Assembly: GCA_017394405.1 (NCBI GenBank)
Contig: JAFPYW010000060.1
Span: forward strand, 1-47,957
Reading direction: 5' to 3'
Length of the DNA stretch: 47,957 bases
Origin: Alphaproteobacteria bacterium
Lineage (GTDB): Bacteria; Pseudomonadota; Alphaproteobacteria; CAAHEQ01; UBA3637
Each line of letters begins with the position of its first letter. The stretch's first letter is position 1. Of this stretch, positions 25,188 to 35,086 are shown one piece after another. The notes under the pieces were generated by a model. It was not told where the DNA came from and made no database searches. It worked only from the letters and a program-made list of their open reading frames with translations. Position numbers and translations under genes: made by a program.

Positions 25188-27443
25188 TTAAATACTTCGG
25201 TGTAAATTACCATTTGTGGTACCGACAATCTTGGCGCCCGCTTTTATTTTGGCCCATAATTCTTGAACTTTTTCGGGTGTATATGGACGATTTACAAAAT
25301 CCACACGATAAAAGTCTGCGGCCACTTTTTCTTTATCCTCACCCACATAGAAAGCATGCTCGCTATACAGCGTCAATTGGCAATTTTTAATCGCTGCGAA
25401 ATAGGTCTGCCCGCCATTTTTAAGCGGCAAAACACAGGCCGATTTATCGCACGTTTTACAAGCATTTTTGATACAATTCGCACTAGTGAACAAGGGCACA
25501 TCTTGATACACAACCATCGTTATTGGAAGTGCTGAATTTTTCGCCACCGCTTGCATATTTTCCAAAGTATCTTCCACCGATAATGCCACGCGACTTGATC
25601 CCAACTCTTTGGCAAACTCAGTGCTTTCGCGATTCAACATATAAAATGGCGCGTCAAAAGTTAAATCTATTCCTTTTTGCGGCAATATTTCCAATCCCCA
25701 CCAGTTGCCAATTTCCCATTTATGATGCCCACCGGCCAACGCTTTTTTGATTATCGTGGCATAGTTTTGTGGTTCTCTTACAACGGTCGGCAACGCCAAA
25801 CGTACCTTGTTTTTTGGTAATTTTTTAAGCGCCTCCAAATCAAAATTAGGATTCAACTCAACAATAATTTCCGTAAAATCTTCCAGATTCAATTCAGCAA
25901 TTTTTTTCAAATCATCTGTTTTCAAAAGCCACTTCGGATCCGCATGTTTATGCGTCGTTGTGGGTGGTAACACACCATGTTTTGTCGCAACAACAATATC
26001 ATTATACAAATCACGACGCAAGTTATTGAGCGCTGAAACGGGCACAAAAATATCAGCTGGATTTTCCACACTTACATTAGCAGCAAACGCATAATCATTG
26101 TCTTTTTGGAAAGTTTTAATGGTGGAATCAATCATCTTTTGTGTGTTTTCAGCAATCGCAAAGTCACCAGTTAAAGTTTTGGAAACACCTTGCGCTTCGG
26201 CCACTACTTTCCCTTTTTCAAAAGTAATTTTTACATTCACAACGGGACGCGTTTTATATTGCCCGGGCTTTGGTTTAATAAAATCATAAGCCCCTTTGAC
26301 CCGCGAAGATGAAGCTAAATACACCGGAGCCCCCTTGGGCATAAAGGGGCTATGCGGTGGCAACAAAATTTGAACATGCTGACCGGCTTTCACCTCAAAC
26401 ACAGACTTGTGATTCACGCTCATTTCCTGCACAGAAAATCCAAATGGCTTTTCATCGTTGGGCAGGTCTATTTGCAATCCATCATACCGCGCCACAGGAT
26501 GAGTTGGTGTCAAACATAATTGACGTCCCAACACCGCTTCCACTTTGCCAATCACAAGGCCACGATGCCCCACAAAATCGGGATCAATAACATCCGTATT
26601 TTTGCCATTAAAATGGAAAGTTGTCCAAGCACGCGAAAAGATTTGTTTAATGTTTTCGGCCCGTTTAGGATCAGCATGACCCGTATCCAAAATCTGCCGA
26701 TAATAATCCACCACAGCAGCCACATACAAGGCTTTTTTCTTGCGTCCTTCAATTTTGAGTGAAGTAACTGGCATTTTCAAAACCGCTTCACCTAACGCCA
26801 TATCTTTCATTGAAAAACAATGCGTTTCTTTATCCCCCTTTTGGAACAAAGCGCGGCATGGATATTGACATTTTCCACGGTTCGCACTGCGCCCACCAAC
26901 CATAGAGGAAAACAGGCATAAACCACTATACGCATAACACAAAGCGCCATGGATAAACGCTTCTGTTTCCAAACCGGGAATAGCGGCAATTTCAGCGATT
27001 TCTTTTTGTGTCAACTCACGAGCCAATACAACACGCGAAAAACCAAGTTTTTTTAATGCCAATGCACCCTCTTTATTATGTACTGCCATCTGCGTGCTGG
27101 CATGCAAAACCAATTCGGGATAACTTTCACGGATCACACGTGCCACCCCCATATCTTGCAAAATAATGCCATCCACATGGGCAGCAGAGCATACGTCCAA
27201 AGTTTGCAACAAAGCATCCAGTTCATGCTCTTGAATCACAGTATTGACCGTTACATAAACCTTGCGATTCAAATGGTGCGCATAGGCGGTAAATTCGTTT
27301 AATTCTTGCGGGGTAAAATTGGTAGCCCCCGCCCGTGCGGAAAAACTTTTAAGGCCCAAATAAACCGCATCCGCCCCAAAATAAAGGGCGGCATATCCGG
27401 CTTCTAAATCGCCCGCAGGCGCTAATAATTCTGGCTTTTTCAT
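25188..27443 (-). CDS. U32 family peptidase-like protein (RlhA-like RNA hydroxylation, long form)
   Basis: PELLAPAG, GADAVYLG, HASTQ, VVLARE, HGALCYAYSGLC, SANRGKCQYPCR, LKIEGR. Confidence 0.9.
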   Translation of the reverse strand: MKKPELLAPAGDLEAGYAALYFGADAVYLGLKSFSARAGATNFTPQELNEFTAYAHHLNRKVYVTVNTVIQEHELDALLQTLDVCSAAHVDGIILQDMGVARVIRESYPELVLHASTQMAVHNKEGALALKKLGFSRVVLARELTQKEIAEIAAIPGLETEAFIHGALCYAYSGLCLFSSMVGGRSANRGKCQYPCRALFQKGDKETHCFSMKDMALGEAVLKMPVTSLKIEGRKKKALYVAAVVDYYRQILDTGHADPKRAENIKQIFSRAWTTFHFNGKNTDVIDPDFVGHRGLVIGKVEAVLGRQLCLTPTHPVARYDGLQIDLPNDEKPFGFSVQEMSVNHKSVFEVKAGQHVQILLPPHSPFMPKGAPVYLASSSRVKGAYDFIKPKPGQYKTRPVVNVKITFEKGKVVAEAQGVSKTLTGDFAIAENTQKMIDSTIKTFQKDNDYAFAANVSVENPADIFVPVSALNNLRRDLYNDIVVATKHGVLPPTTTHKHADPKWLLKTDDLKKIAELNLEDFTEIIVELNPNFDLEALKKLPKNKVRLALPTVVREPQNYATIIKKALAGGHHKWEIGNWWGLEILPQKGIDLTFDAPFYMLNRESTEFAKELGSSRVALSVEDTLENMQAVAKNSALPITMVVYQDVPLFTSANCIKNACKTCDKSACVLPLKNGGQTYFAAIKNCQLTLYSEHAFYVGEDKEKVAADFYRVDFVNRPYTPEKVQELWAKIKAGAKIVGTTNGNLHRSI

Positions 27444-27450
27444 GCGAACT

Positions 27451-27479
27451 ATTATATCACGAAAGCGGTAAAAAGTCAA
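27451..27479 (-). promoter_or_regulatory. sigma70 promoter, probably giving a leaderless U32 mRNA
   Basis: TTGACT-N17-TATAAT-N7-ATG, no SD. Confidence 0.7.
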
Positions 27480-27535
27480 TTTATACTTGACATTATAATC
27501 CAAACATTACACAATAAAACCATTAAGGAGATGCT

Positions 27536-27823
27536 ATGAAAAAACTGATTTTACTGACCACTTTGGCTTTATTGGGTTGCGCCACAGAAACAAAATATAA
27601 AACTCAATTGAACACTTGGATTCAAAGTTCAAAAACAGATTTGGTCAGCCATTGGGGCGTCCCAGATAAAACTTATAAACCAGACAAAGAAACTGAATTG
27701 TTGGCATATAAACGTTCCACAAAGATCAACAAAGTCAAATACTGGTGTACAACGACTTTTATTTTGAAAAATAATATCGTTGATAGTTGGAAAACCGAAG
27801 GCAACGATTGCACCTCTTATTAA
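27536..27823 (+). CDS. small lipoprotein (paralog 1)
   Basis: LLGC lipobox, WG.P motif, C..TF...G..C; AAGGAG RBS. Confidence 0.85.
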   Translation: MKKLILLTTLALLGCATETKYKTQLNTWIQSSKTDLVSHWGVPDKTYKPDKETELLAYKRSTKINKVKYWCTTTFILKNNIVDSWKTEGNDCTSY

Positions 27824-27835
27824 ACTGGAGATACC

Positions 27836-28123
27836 ATGAAAAAACTGATTTTACTTTCGTTTTTAACTTTACTAGGTTGCGCCACCGAAAGCAATTATCA
27901 CGATCAGTTGAATATGTGGGTCGGTCGGTCAAAGGCCGTTTTAATTATGGAATGGGGCACCCCGTCGTATCGATATAAATTGAATCAAAATATCGAGCTG
28001 TTGGAATACGATAAAAAACGCGTCTTTTTGGGTGATGATTTTGAATGCAAAACAACATTTATTTTGAAAAACAATGTTGTTGATAGTTGGAAAACCGAAG
28101 GCAACGATTGCACGTCTTATTGA
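27836..28123 (+). CDS. small lipoprotein (paralog 2)
   Basis: LLGC lipobox; same 95-aa length and near-identical termini as paralog 1. Confidence 0.85.
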   Translation: MKKLILLSFLTLLGCATESNYHDQLNMWVGRSKAVLIMEWGTPSYRYKLNQNIELLEYDKKRVFLGDDFECKTTFILKNNVVDSWKTEGNDCTSY

Positions 28124-28731
28124 TACAGCCAACGTTCGTGACCGATTGTGGTCGCGGCACCGTGACCGGGATAAACGGGCGTATCATCCGGTAATTTTTG
28201 AAATAAAGTTTTCAAACTTTTTATCATAGCCGCTTCATCGCTTTCAGCCAAATCTGTCCGTCCGCAAGTCCCCATAAACAACGTATCCCCGGCAAATAAA
28301 TTCCCGTCAATCAAATAGCAAACACCCCCCAAAGTATGCCCCGGAGTTGGTATTACCTCAATTGCATATTTACCCACATTAAAGTGCTTTTTCTCATCAA
28401 AAGTCTTCACCTGAACAGGCCCCCATTTGTCCGTATGAAAATGCCGCATATAACGATCCGCCGCCGGCAATAAAGGGGCATCTTTTTCGTGCAACCACGC
28501 TTCCACACTATACTTTTTCAAATAATAACTGACGCCCATGACATGATCAAAATGCCCGTGCGTCAGCAAGATATATTTTAGTGTCAACCCGTTATCGCAC
28601 ACCCAATTTATTATATCATCCTCCGGCATGGAACAATCAATCAAAACGGCCTCTTTTGTATCGGTATCATAGACCACATAATTGTTGTTGTCCAAAGGAT
28701 GTTTTGAAAATGTTTGAACTTTTAACGTCAT
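28117..28731 (-). CDS. MBL-fold metallo-hydrolase (glyoxalase II-like)
   Basis: LLTHGHFDH, TPGHT, FAGDTLF, GRTDL, VYPGHG. Confidence 0.92.
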   Translation of the reverse strand: MTLKVQTFSKHPLDNNNYVVYDTDTKEAVLIDCSMPEDDIINWVCDNGLTLKYILLTHGHFDHVMGVSYYLKKYSVEAWLHEKDAPLLPAADRYMRHFHTDKWGPVQVKTFDEKKHFNVGKYAIEVIPTPGHTLGGVCYLIDGNLFAGDTLFMGTCGRTDLAESDEAAMIKSLKTLFQKLPDDTPVYPGHGAATTIGHERWLYQ

Positions 28732-29207
28732 ATTGTTGCCTCGTGTGTTAAGTCAACAAAGGGTGCACGCACAAATCCAGCCAGTTGGTTCGGCTCCACC
28801 GCCAAAGTGAGTCCCACCCTGCCGCCACTCACACAAATTGTATCAAACAAAAGGGCCGTTTCATCTATAAAAACAGGAAAATCTTTTTTCATGCCGACCG
28901 GCGAACACCCGCCGTGAATATATCCCGTAACAGGCAACAACCTTTTTTGTGGCAACATAGATAAACTTTTTTGCCCTGCTGCTTTGGCCGCTTTTTTCAA
29001 GTCCAGTTCCGACCCCGCCGGCACCACAAATACAAAGTATTCACGAGGATTTCCTTCGGTCACCAAAGTCTTGAAAATTTGCTCGGCTGGTTTTTGTAAA
29101 TACCGCGCCACAGACACAGCATCCACGCCTTGCGCCGTATCATATTCAAAGGCCTGAAAGGCAACTCCTCCATCTTCCAACAATCGCATCGCATTCGTTT
29201 TTTGCAT
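28728..29207 (-). CDS. ybaK: Cys-tRNA(Pro) deacylase YbaK
   Basis: KTNAMRLL, IFKTLV, LDLKKAA, TGYIHGGCSPVG, SGGRVG. Confidence 0.92.
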   Translation of the reverse strand: MQKTNAMRLLEDGGVAFQAFEYDTAQGVDAVSVARYLQKPAEQIFKTLVTEGNPREYFVFVVPAGSELDLKKAAKAAGQKSLSMLPQKRLLPVTGYIHGGCSPVGMKKDFPVFIDETALLFDTICVSGGRVGLTLAVEPNQLAGFVRAPFVDLTHEATI

Positions 29208-29849
29208 CTAAAAATCCGATTTTTTCTTCAAAGAATCATACCTTCTATGAATACATTTCATGGCCGTCACATGAATTCCCGCCAAAGATTCATAAATCAT
29301 AAAACGCCCATTGCGTTTAGAAATGACAAGGCCGTCCGTTCGCATCCTTTTCAAAAGTTGCGATACTTTAAGGGGAGAAAATTTCGCACCCTTGGCAATG
29401 GCCGACACCGTGCTGGGCCCGTATAAAATTAAAAAATCCAAAATACGCATTTTATCAACATGCGCGAACAATTTAATTGTTTCCGCCGCCATAGATGTAA
29501 AATCAGCAGGCAATATGTGTTTATAATTATCTTGCAAAAAATAAAAATCGTTTGCCAAATACCCATACCATTTACGCAAGCAAACAAAAATGCTGGCGGG
29601 ATATTCTTCACAAATCGTGTAATAAATGAACAAACCACGGCGCGTTGTTTTGACCAAATGTGCCTCACGCAATTTACGCAAACTTTGTGAAACAAATAAT
29701 TGCTCAACATCAACGCCTTTGGCAATCGCAGATACAGAACTGGATCCATTGACGTCCAAAAATTCCAAAATACGCAACCGCAGGGGATGGCTGATATAAC
29801 CAATTCCCCGCGCCGCCTTTTTCAGTATACCGATGGGCAGTTGCTTCAT
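29208..29849 (-). CDS. transcriptional regulator with two tandem ArsR/SmtB wHTH domains
   Basis: HPLRLRIL...VSAIA...VSQSL..L...LV...R.G..IYY repeated as HVDKMRIL...VSAIA...VSQLL..M...LV...R.G..IY. Confidence 0.85.
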   Translation of the reverse strand: MKQLPIGILKKAARGIGYISHPLRLRILEFLDVNGSSSVSAIAKGVDVEQLFVSQSLRKLREAHLVKTTRRGLFIYYTICEEYPASIFVCLRKWYGYLANDFYFLQDNYKHILPADFTSMAAETIKLFAHVDKMRILDFLILYGPSTVSAIAKGAKFSPLKVSQLLKRMRTDGLVISKRNGRFMIYESLAGIHVTAMKCIHRRYDSLKKKSDF

Positions 29850-29864
29850 TCAAATTCCCATTTT

Positions 29865-30245
29865 TTATTTTGCCAAGAAGGGCTTGATATATTCGTCAAA
29901 ATTCGCTTCTTCAGATTTATCCCAACCCAAGATGTAATGTTGTCCCATACAGAATAACGGGGCACCCAAACGCCATTTGCTGAGACCGAATTTGGCACCA
30001 CATGCATAGAAATATTCAAGATTTGTTTTGTTGGATATTTCGCGCTCTGTCAATCTTAAATTAGGATATTGTTTTGCCAAATAAGCCTTTGCTTCCGCGC
30101 AATGCGGGCATCCGTTCATCGTGAAAAAATACACTTCATCATCTGTAATAATTTCGGATTTATAGGGGGTTGTCACATTTTCACTTGCATTAGAAAAACA
30201 AGCCACCAAAATACCAGCCAAACACACCAAAAATAAATAACGCAT
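29865..30245 (-). CDS. glutaredoxin-like lipoprotein
   Basis: LVAC lipobox, GCPHC active site, GAP cis-Pro, ILGW. Confidence 0.85.
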   Translation of the reverse strand: MRYLFLVCLAGILVACFSNASENVTTPYKSEIITDDEVYFFTMNGCPHCAEAKAYLAKQYPNLRLTEREISNKTNLEYFYACGAKFGLSKWRLGAPLFCMGQHYILGWDKSEEANFDEYIKPFLAK

Positions 30246-30256
30246 TTTCTCCTCCT

Positions 30257-30838
30257 TTATTCAATGCAACAATCCACGGCCTTACGCACCACAGACTTCA
30301 ACCGGCCAAACAAAGAATGGTCTTCTGGTTGTTTCGGTTCCTCTTTTTTTGCAGCAGTTTTAACCTTCAAAGCCGCCACTTCCTTTTTCACGTCTTCCAA
30401 ATTATCTGGTTTCCATTCAATATCCTTGGCATCCACCAAATTCATATTGAGGCCCCAAAACAAACAATACAAATCGTATGCATTAGTAAATAATTTATAC
30501 GCTTCTTCTTTGTGGCCCATAGATTGTTGTTTGGTCCCAACTTCCATCAAACGCATGGCCGTTGCCAATAAATGTTTGGAAATGCACCACACTTCCCCTT
30601 CATAGGAAGGAATCACCTTCAACATCAAATTTTTGTGTAATTCACGCACATCTTGCACCATATCATAAAATGATGTTTTACCCGTTTTTGCACCGGAAAA
30701 TACCAAATGTTCTTCAATGGAAATCAAATTCATAATCGCGATTGTCAAATCTTGATCTGATGATAAATCTTTCGGATTTTTCTTTTTTGCTTGATCCACG
30801 CGCTCAACAAATTCCTTTACAGATTCTGCTTTTTTCAT
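30257..30838 (-). CDS. hypothetical helical protein with C-terminal CC motif
   Basis: 193-aa ORF, AAGGAG RBS; motifs NLISIEEH, WCISKH, terminal DCCIE; first gene of the operon. Confidence 0.8.
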   Translation of the reverse strand: MKKAESVKEFVERVDQAKKKNPKDLSSDQDLTIAIMNLISIEEHLVFSGAKTGKTSFYDMVQDVRELHKNLMLKVIPSYEGEVWCISKHLLATAMRLMEVGTKQQSMGHKEEAYKLFTNAYDLYCLFWGLNMNLVDAKDIEWKPDNLEDVKKEVAALKVKTAAKKEEPKQPEDHSLFGRLKSVVRKAVDCCIE

Positions 30839-30859
30839 CTCTTCTCCTTTTTTAAGCGT

Positions 30860-30909
30860 TATCTATCAAAAACAATATCTAGCATAATTGATAGATATCA
30901 AAATGTCAA
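30860..30909 (-). promoter_or_regulatory. promoter with overlapping ArsR-type operator palindromes
   Basis: TTGACA-N17-TATGCT; ATATCTA-N10-TAGATAT (30875-30898) and TATCTATCAA-N18-TTGATAGATA (30860-30897). Confidence 0.6.
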
Positions 30910-30981
30910 TATATTTTTTCATAAAAATAACCCCTTGATTTTCGGGATGTACTGACTTATTTTATGAAAAAAGGAGAACAC

Positions 30982-31584
30982 ATGGATTTACAAGCATTAT
31001 TCAAAATTTCTCATGGCGTTTATTTAACCGGCGCAAAAGATGAAAGCGGTCGTTTGATTGGCAGCTGTATTGATTCCGTTATGGTGGTGGAAGCCGATCC
31101 GCAACAGATTATTATTTCTATGAATAACGCCTCCTACACCATGGAAAATGTGGTAAAATCCGGCGAATTGACATTGTCTATTTTGCCCGCTGACACCCCA
31201 GACGAATTGATTGAATTATTCGGCATGCAATCATCCCGCGATACTGATAAATGGGGACCAACAAGCCACGTGTTGTATCATGATTTACCGGTTTATAAAG
31301 AGGCAGTCGCATACATGTATTTGAACGTGAAAGAAACCTTTGAAACGGCCGGGCATCATGTGTTTTTATGCGATGTTGTGGCAGGCGAGGCCGGCACCAT
31401 GGCCGACCCGATGTTGTACGCTGATTATCAAAAAAGGAAAGCCACCTCAATCAGCATGAAAAAACGTTGGCGTTGCACAGTTTGCGGATATATCTATGAT
31501 GGCGAAATTCCCTTTGAAGATTTGCCAGATGATTGGGTTTGCCCGTTATGTAAGCAAGATAAAAGCGTTTTTGTTCCGGAATAA
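30982..31584 (+). CDS. flavin reductase-rubredoxin fusion (high-molecular-weight rubredoxin-like)
   Basis: [10 protein letters not shown]...[11 protein letters not shown]...GHHVFL flavin reductase domain; [10 protein letters not shown]...[10 protein letters not shown] rubredoxin. Confidence 0.9.
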   Translation: MDLQALFKISHGVYLTGAKDESGRLIGSCIDSVMVVEADPQQIIISMNNASYTMENVVKSGELTLSILPADTPDELIELFGMQSSRDTDKWGPTSHVLYHDLPVYKEAVAYMYLNVKETFETAGHHVFLCDVVAGEAGTMADPMLYADYQKRKATSISMKKRWRCTVCGYIYDGEIPFEDLPDDWVCPLCKQDKSVFVPE

Positions 31585-31586
31585 AA

Positions 31587-32240
31587 TCAATTCAAAACAC
31601 ACCCGAACAGCACCGCGAAAAAGTGCATAATCGTGCCCGCCAGCACCATAAAATGCCAAATGGCGTGGGTGTATTTTTTGCTTTTCCACACATAAAAAAT
31701 GATACCGAGAGTATAACAAAGGCCGCCCAAAATTAAAAAGGTCAAAGCCGTATCTGGCAATTCACGAAATACCTGTTTAGATGCAAAAGCAACCAACCAT
31801 CCCATCAACAAATACAACCCGACTGACCACAATTTTGTGCCCGATCCGCCTAATGTCAATTTCAAAATCGTCCCCAATATAGCCAACCCCCAAATAATGC
31901 CAAAAATCGTCCAACCCAACGCACCATGCAAAGTCACCAATGTAAAAGGCGTATAAGTTCCGGCGATTAAATAATAAATAGCAATATGATCAAATTTCTT
32001 CAACACCACCTTGGCGTGTTCATTGGGAACTGCGTGGTACAACGTTGAAGCCGTATAAAGCATCACCATACTCACCCCGAAAATCACCGTTGAAACAACC
32101 GTCCAAGCATTTCCTTTAATGGCCGACAAAGCCGCCAAAATCACCAAACCGGCAATGCTCAAAATAATACCAAATCCGTGAATGGTACAATGCCAAATTT
32201 CTTCACCGATTGTGTAGGAACGCACCGTCTTTTTTTTCAT
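31587..32240 (-). CDS. hemolysin III / PAQR family membrane protein
   Basis: EE...IHG, STLYH, DHIAIYYLIAGTYTPF, HAIWH; alternative start at 32252. Confidence 0.92.
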   Translation of the reverse strand: MKKKTVRSYTIGEEIWHCTIHGFGIILSIAGLVILAALSAIKGNAWTVVSTVIFGVSMVMLYTASTLYHAVPNEHAKVVLKKFDHIAIYYLIAGTYTPFTLVTLHGALGWTIFGIIWGLAILGTILKLTLGGSGTKLWSVGLYLLMGWLVAFASKQVFRELPDTALTFLILGGLCYTLGIIFYVWKSKKYTHAIWHFMVLAGTIMHFFAVLFGCVLN

Positions 32241-32241
32241 A

Positions 32242-33636
32242 TTATTCTTCATACTGAACTTTATAGGTTAGTGTTGTTTTTCCTTTGGCCGGCACAGAAA
32301 TACTCCATTTGACTTTATTGGAATTCAAACGCGTTCCTTTTTGGCTTTCATCAAACAACTTAAAATTCGTTGGGAAATACAAAGTTAAATCAACAACAGC
32401 CTCTTTATCGCCACCATTTTTGAAGGTCACTTCATACGCACCACGATAGGTCCGCTCGCCCATTTTTTTGAAAGATGTCCGTTTCATATCTGCCGACAAA
32501 TTGAAAGCCGTACCGGTTTTCAAACGTACTTCTTCGTTTTCGGCTGTATGGTTGATTCTGTCTTCACCCACAAATTGAGTTCGACCATTTTTGTCTTCCT
32601 TATACAAGCGAATCGTTCCCTTTGGTAATGGCTTACCCAATTTATTTTCTTTGGTGTTTTCAAAACTGACATAAATGCTAGGCTTCATTTTTTTGACTTC
32701 ATCCGAATAAACGCTAAATGGTTCATTCAACTCGTATGTCTTTTTTATGCCCAAATCCGTACCTGTCAGCAAAGCCACTTGTTTTGTTTGATTTGATAAA
32801 ATATCCGTTTTATGCGGCAATGTGTATAAATAAAAGTCTGCCAATGCCTCTGCTGCCATTTCGGTTCGTGCAGATCTTCTTACAGCGCCATCCGCCATAG
32901 CCATCATCACCTTCGGAGCAACATTATATTCCCGAACCTCATTCACATCACCGGCCACCAATTGCAACTGCGCCTGTTTATAATTGGCTCCGGACGTATT
33001 TGTCAACGTCACAAATCCGTTCAAATCCATTTTTGTTTCATCCGCATTGACACGCGCCACATAATCGGCTTTCCATGTCAAACCGCTGGTCAAATAATCC
33101 AGTTGTAAATTTTCTGTATTTTCATTATCGGACAACACAGAAATGGTCAAAGTTGGCTCAGCTCTCAATTGTTCCGGCACCTTATCAAACACAACGCGTC
33201 CGGGATAATTTGTTTCAATTTTATCGTCAATTTTTAACACGGGCTTGCCGTCATTATATGACAACAATGTTCCCTTGTCGCGCGTAATTTTGCCGGTAGC
33301 GGGATCGATATATTCCAAAGATACCTCGGATCCCACGGACTTTTTCATCATTGCAGAATGTGTCAATAAATCAAAATTAAAGTTTTGTTCCAATGTGCTG
33401 ATTCCTTTGCCTTTTAACAGGGCGGTTTGCGGCATCATTTGTTCGGAAACACCCGCAAAGGACACTTCATTCAATCCTTTTTTCAACGGCACACGACGTT
33501 CATCTTTCACCAAAGCGCGGCTGCCGTTGTAAATGGTCACATTTAATTCGGTTTGATCTGTGGTGGGCACAAACGTTTCACCGGCCAAAGCCACAACGGA
33601 ACAACTTAAACTCAATAAAAATAATAATGATTTCAT
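32242..33636 (-). CDS. DUF4139 domain exported protein
   Basis: Signal peptide, VTIYN...ALVK, EQNFNFDL, YLTSGLTWKADY, LPKGTIRLY, FVGED.I.HT. Confidence 0.82.
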   Translation of the reverse strand: MKSLLFLLSLSCSVVALAGETFVPTTDQTELNVTIYNGSRALVKDERRVPLKKGLNEVSFAGVSEQMMPQTALLKGKGISTLEQNFNFDLLTHSAMMKKSVGSEVSLEYIDPATGKITRDKGTLLSYNDGKPVLKIDDKIETNYPGRVVFDKVPEQLRAEPTLTISVLSDNENTENLQLDYLTSGLTWKADYVARVNADETKMDLNGFVTLTNTSGANYKQAQLQLVAGDVNEVREYNVAPKVMMAMADGAVRRSARTEMAAEALADFYLYTLPHKTDILSNQTKQVALLTGTDLGIKKTYELNEPFSVYSDEVKKMKPSIYVSFENTKENKLGKPLPKGTIRLYKEDKNGRTQFVGEDRINHTAENEEVRLKTGTAFNLSADMKRTSFKKMGERTYRGAYEVTFKNGGDKEAVVDLTLYFPTNFKLFDESQKGTRLNSNKVKWSISVPAKGKTTLTYKVQYEE

Positions 33637-33733
33637 TTTTCATCCCCCTTTGGCGGGTATTTTATCAGATATTATCTGAACAAGCAAGCATATTTTCATT
33701 GTTTTTTTTACAAAAATGATTTACAATAAAATC

Positions 33734-35026
33734 ATGACAGGATTATTTGAAACATTGGCTCATAAACCGCTTGCTGATAAAATGCGTCCAGCCCGTTTGG
33801 ACGAGGTGGTGGGGCAATCGCATTTATTGGGTGAAAAAGGCCCACTGGCGCGGATGATTCAAAACCAAAGTTTATCCAGTTTTATTTTGTGGGGCCCACC
33901 CGGATGTGGCAAAACAACAATTGCACGCATTTTGGCGGAACAAACAAACCTGCACTTTGAACAACTTTCTGCCGTGTTTTCGGGCGTTGCCGATTTGCGC
34001 AAAGTCTTTGATGAGGCCAAACGTCGCCGGATGGCTGGTCAAGGTACATTATTGTTTGTGGATGAAATTCACCGCTTTAATCGCGCCCAGCAAGATGGCT
34101 TTTTACCCTATGTGGAAGACGGCACGATCATTTTGGTCGGAGCTACCACAGAAAACCCCAGTTTTGAATTAAACGGCGCGTTGCTTTCCCGTTGTAAAGT
34201 TTTTGTTTTGAATCGTCTTGACAACGATGCCTTGATGGAATTGGCAAAACGCGCCGAAAAGATTATGGAAAAACCGCTTCCATTGGATGATGTCGGACGC
34301 GAATACCTGTGCGCTTTGGCGGACGGCGATGGGCGTTATTTCATCAACCTGATTGAGGCAGTGTATCAGTATGCTGTGCAAGACGAGATTTTGGATAAAG
34401 ATGAACTGGAAAAACTGCTTCAAAAACGCCTACCAAATTATGACAAAGATCGCGAGGGGCATTATAATTTAATTTCCGCCCTGCATAAATCATTACGCGG
34501 ATCAGATCCCGATGCCGGGCTTTATTGGCTGGCACGCATGGTAACGGCCGGGGAAGATATGAAATACATTTTGCGTCGCCTGACCCGTTTTGCATCCGAA
34601 GACGTGGGTATGGCCGATCCGCAAGCCCTTGTTCAAGCTATCAATGCGTGGAACAGCTATGAACGTTTAGGCTCACCGGAAGGCGATTTGGCCGTGGCGA
34701 ATTTAGTGGTTTATTTGGCCACCGCCCCCAAATCCATCAGCGTGTATCGGGCGTGGGGTGAAGCCACGCGTTTAGCCCGAGAAACAGACAGCGTGATGCC
34801 ACCAAAACACATCTTGAATGCCCCCACAAAGTTGATGAGCGAAATTGGTTACAGCAAAGGATACCAATACGATCCCGATACAAAGGATGGTTTTTCAGGG
34901 CAAGAATACTTCCCGGACGAAATCGGACACCATACCTTTTATCATCCCGCCGAGCGCGGTTTTGAACGCGAAATTCAAAAGCGATTAGATTATTGGAATA
35001 ACCTCAGAAAAAAGTTAAAAAAATAA
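33734..35026 (+). CDS. rarA: replication-associated recombination protein A
   Basis: PLADKMRP, WGPPGCGKTT, DEIHRFN, GATTENPSF, ISALHKSLRGSD, ASEDVG. Confidence 0.96.
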   Translation: MTGLFETLAHKPLADKMRPARLDEVVGQSHLLGEKGPLARMIQNQSLSSFILWGPPGCGKTTIARILAEQTNLHFEQLSAVFSGVADLRKVFDEAKRRRMAGQGTLLFVDEIHRFNRAQQDGFLPYVEDGTIILVGATTENPSFELNGALLSRCKVFVLNRLDNDALMELAKRAEKIMEKPLPLDDVGREYLCALADGDGRYFINLIEAVYQYAVQDEILDKDELEKLLQKRLPNYDKDREGHYNLISALHKSLRGSDPDAGLYWLARMVTAGEDMKYILRRLTRFASEDVGMADPQALVQAINAWNSYERLGSPEGDLAVANLVVYLATAPKSISVYRAWGEATRLARETDSVMPPKHILNAPTKLMSEIGYSKGYQYDPDTKDGFSGQEYFPDEIGHHTFYHPAERGFEREIQKRLDYWNNLRKKLKK

Positions 35027-35086
35027 ACGTCAAAACCCTTGATTTTTGCTGAAATTGTCGGTACAATGTTTTTTACGAGGGGAAAA

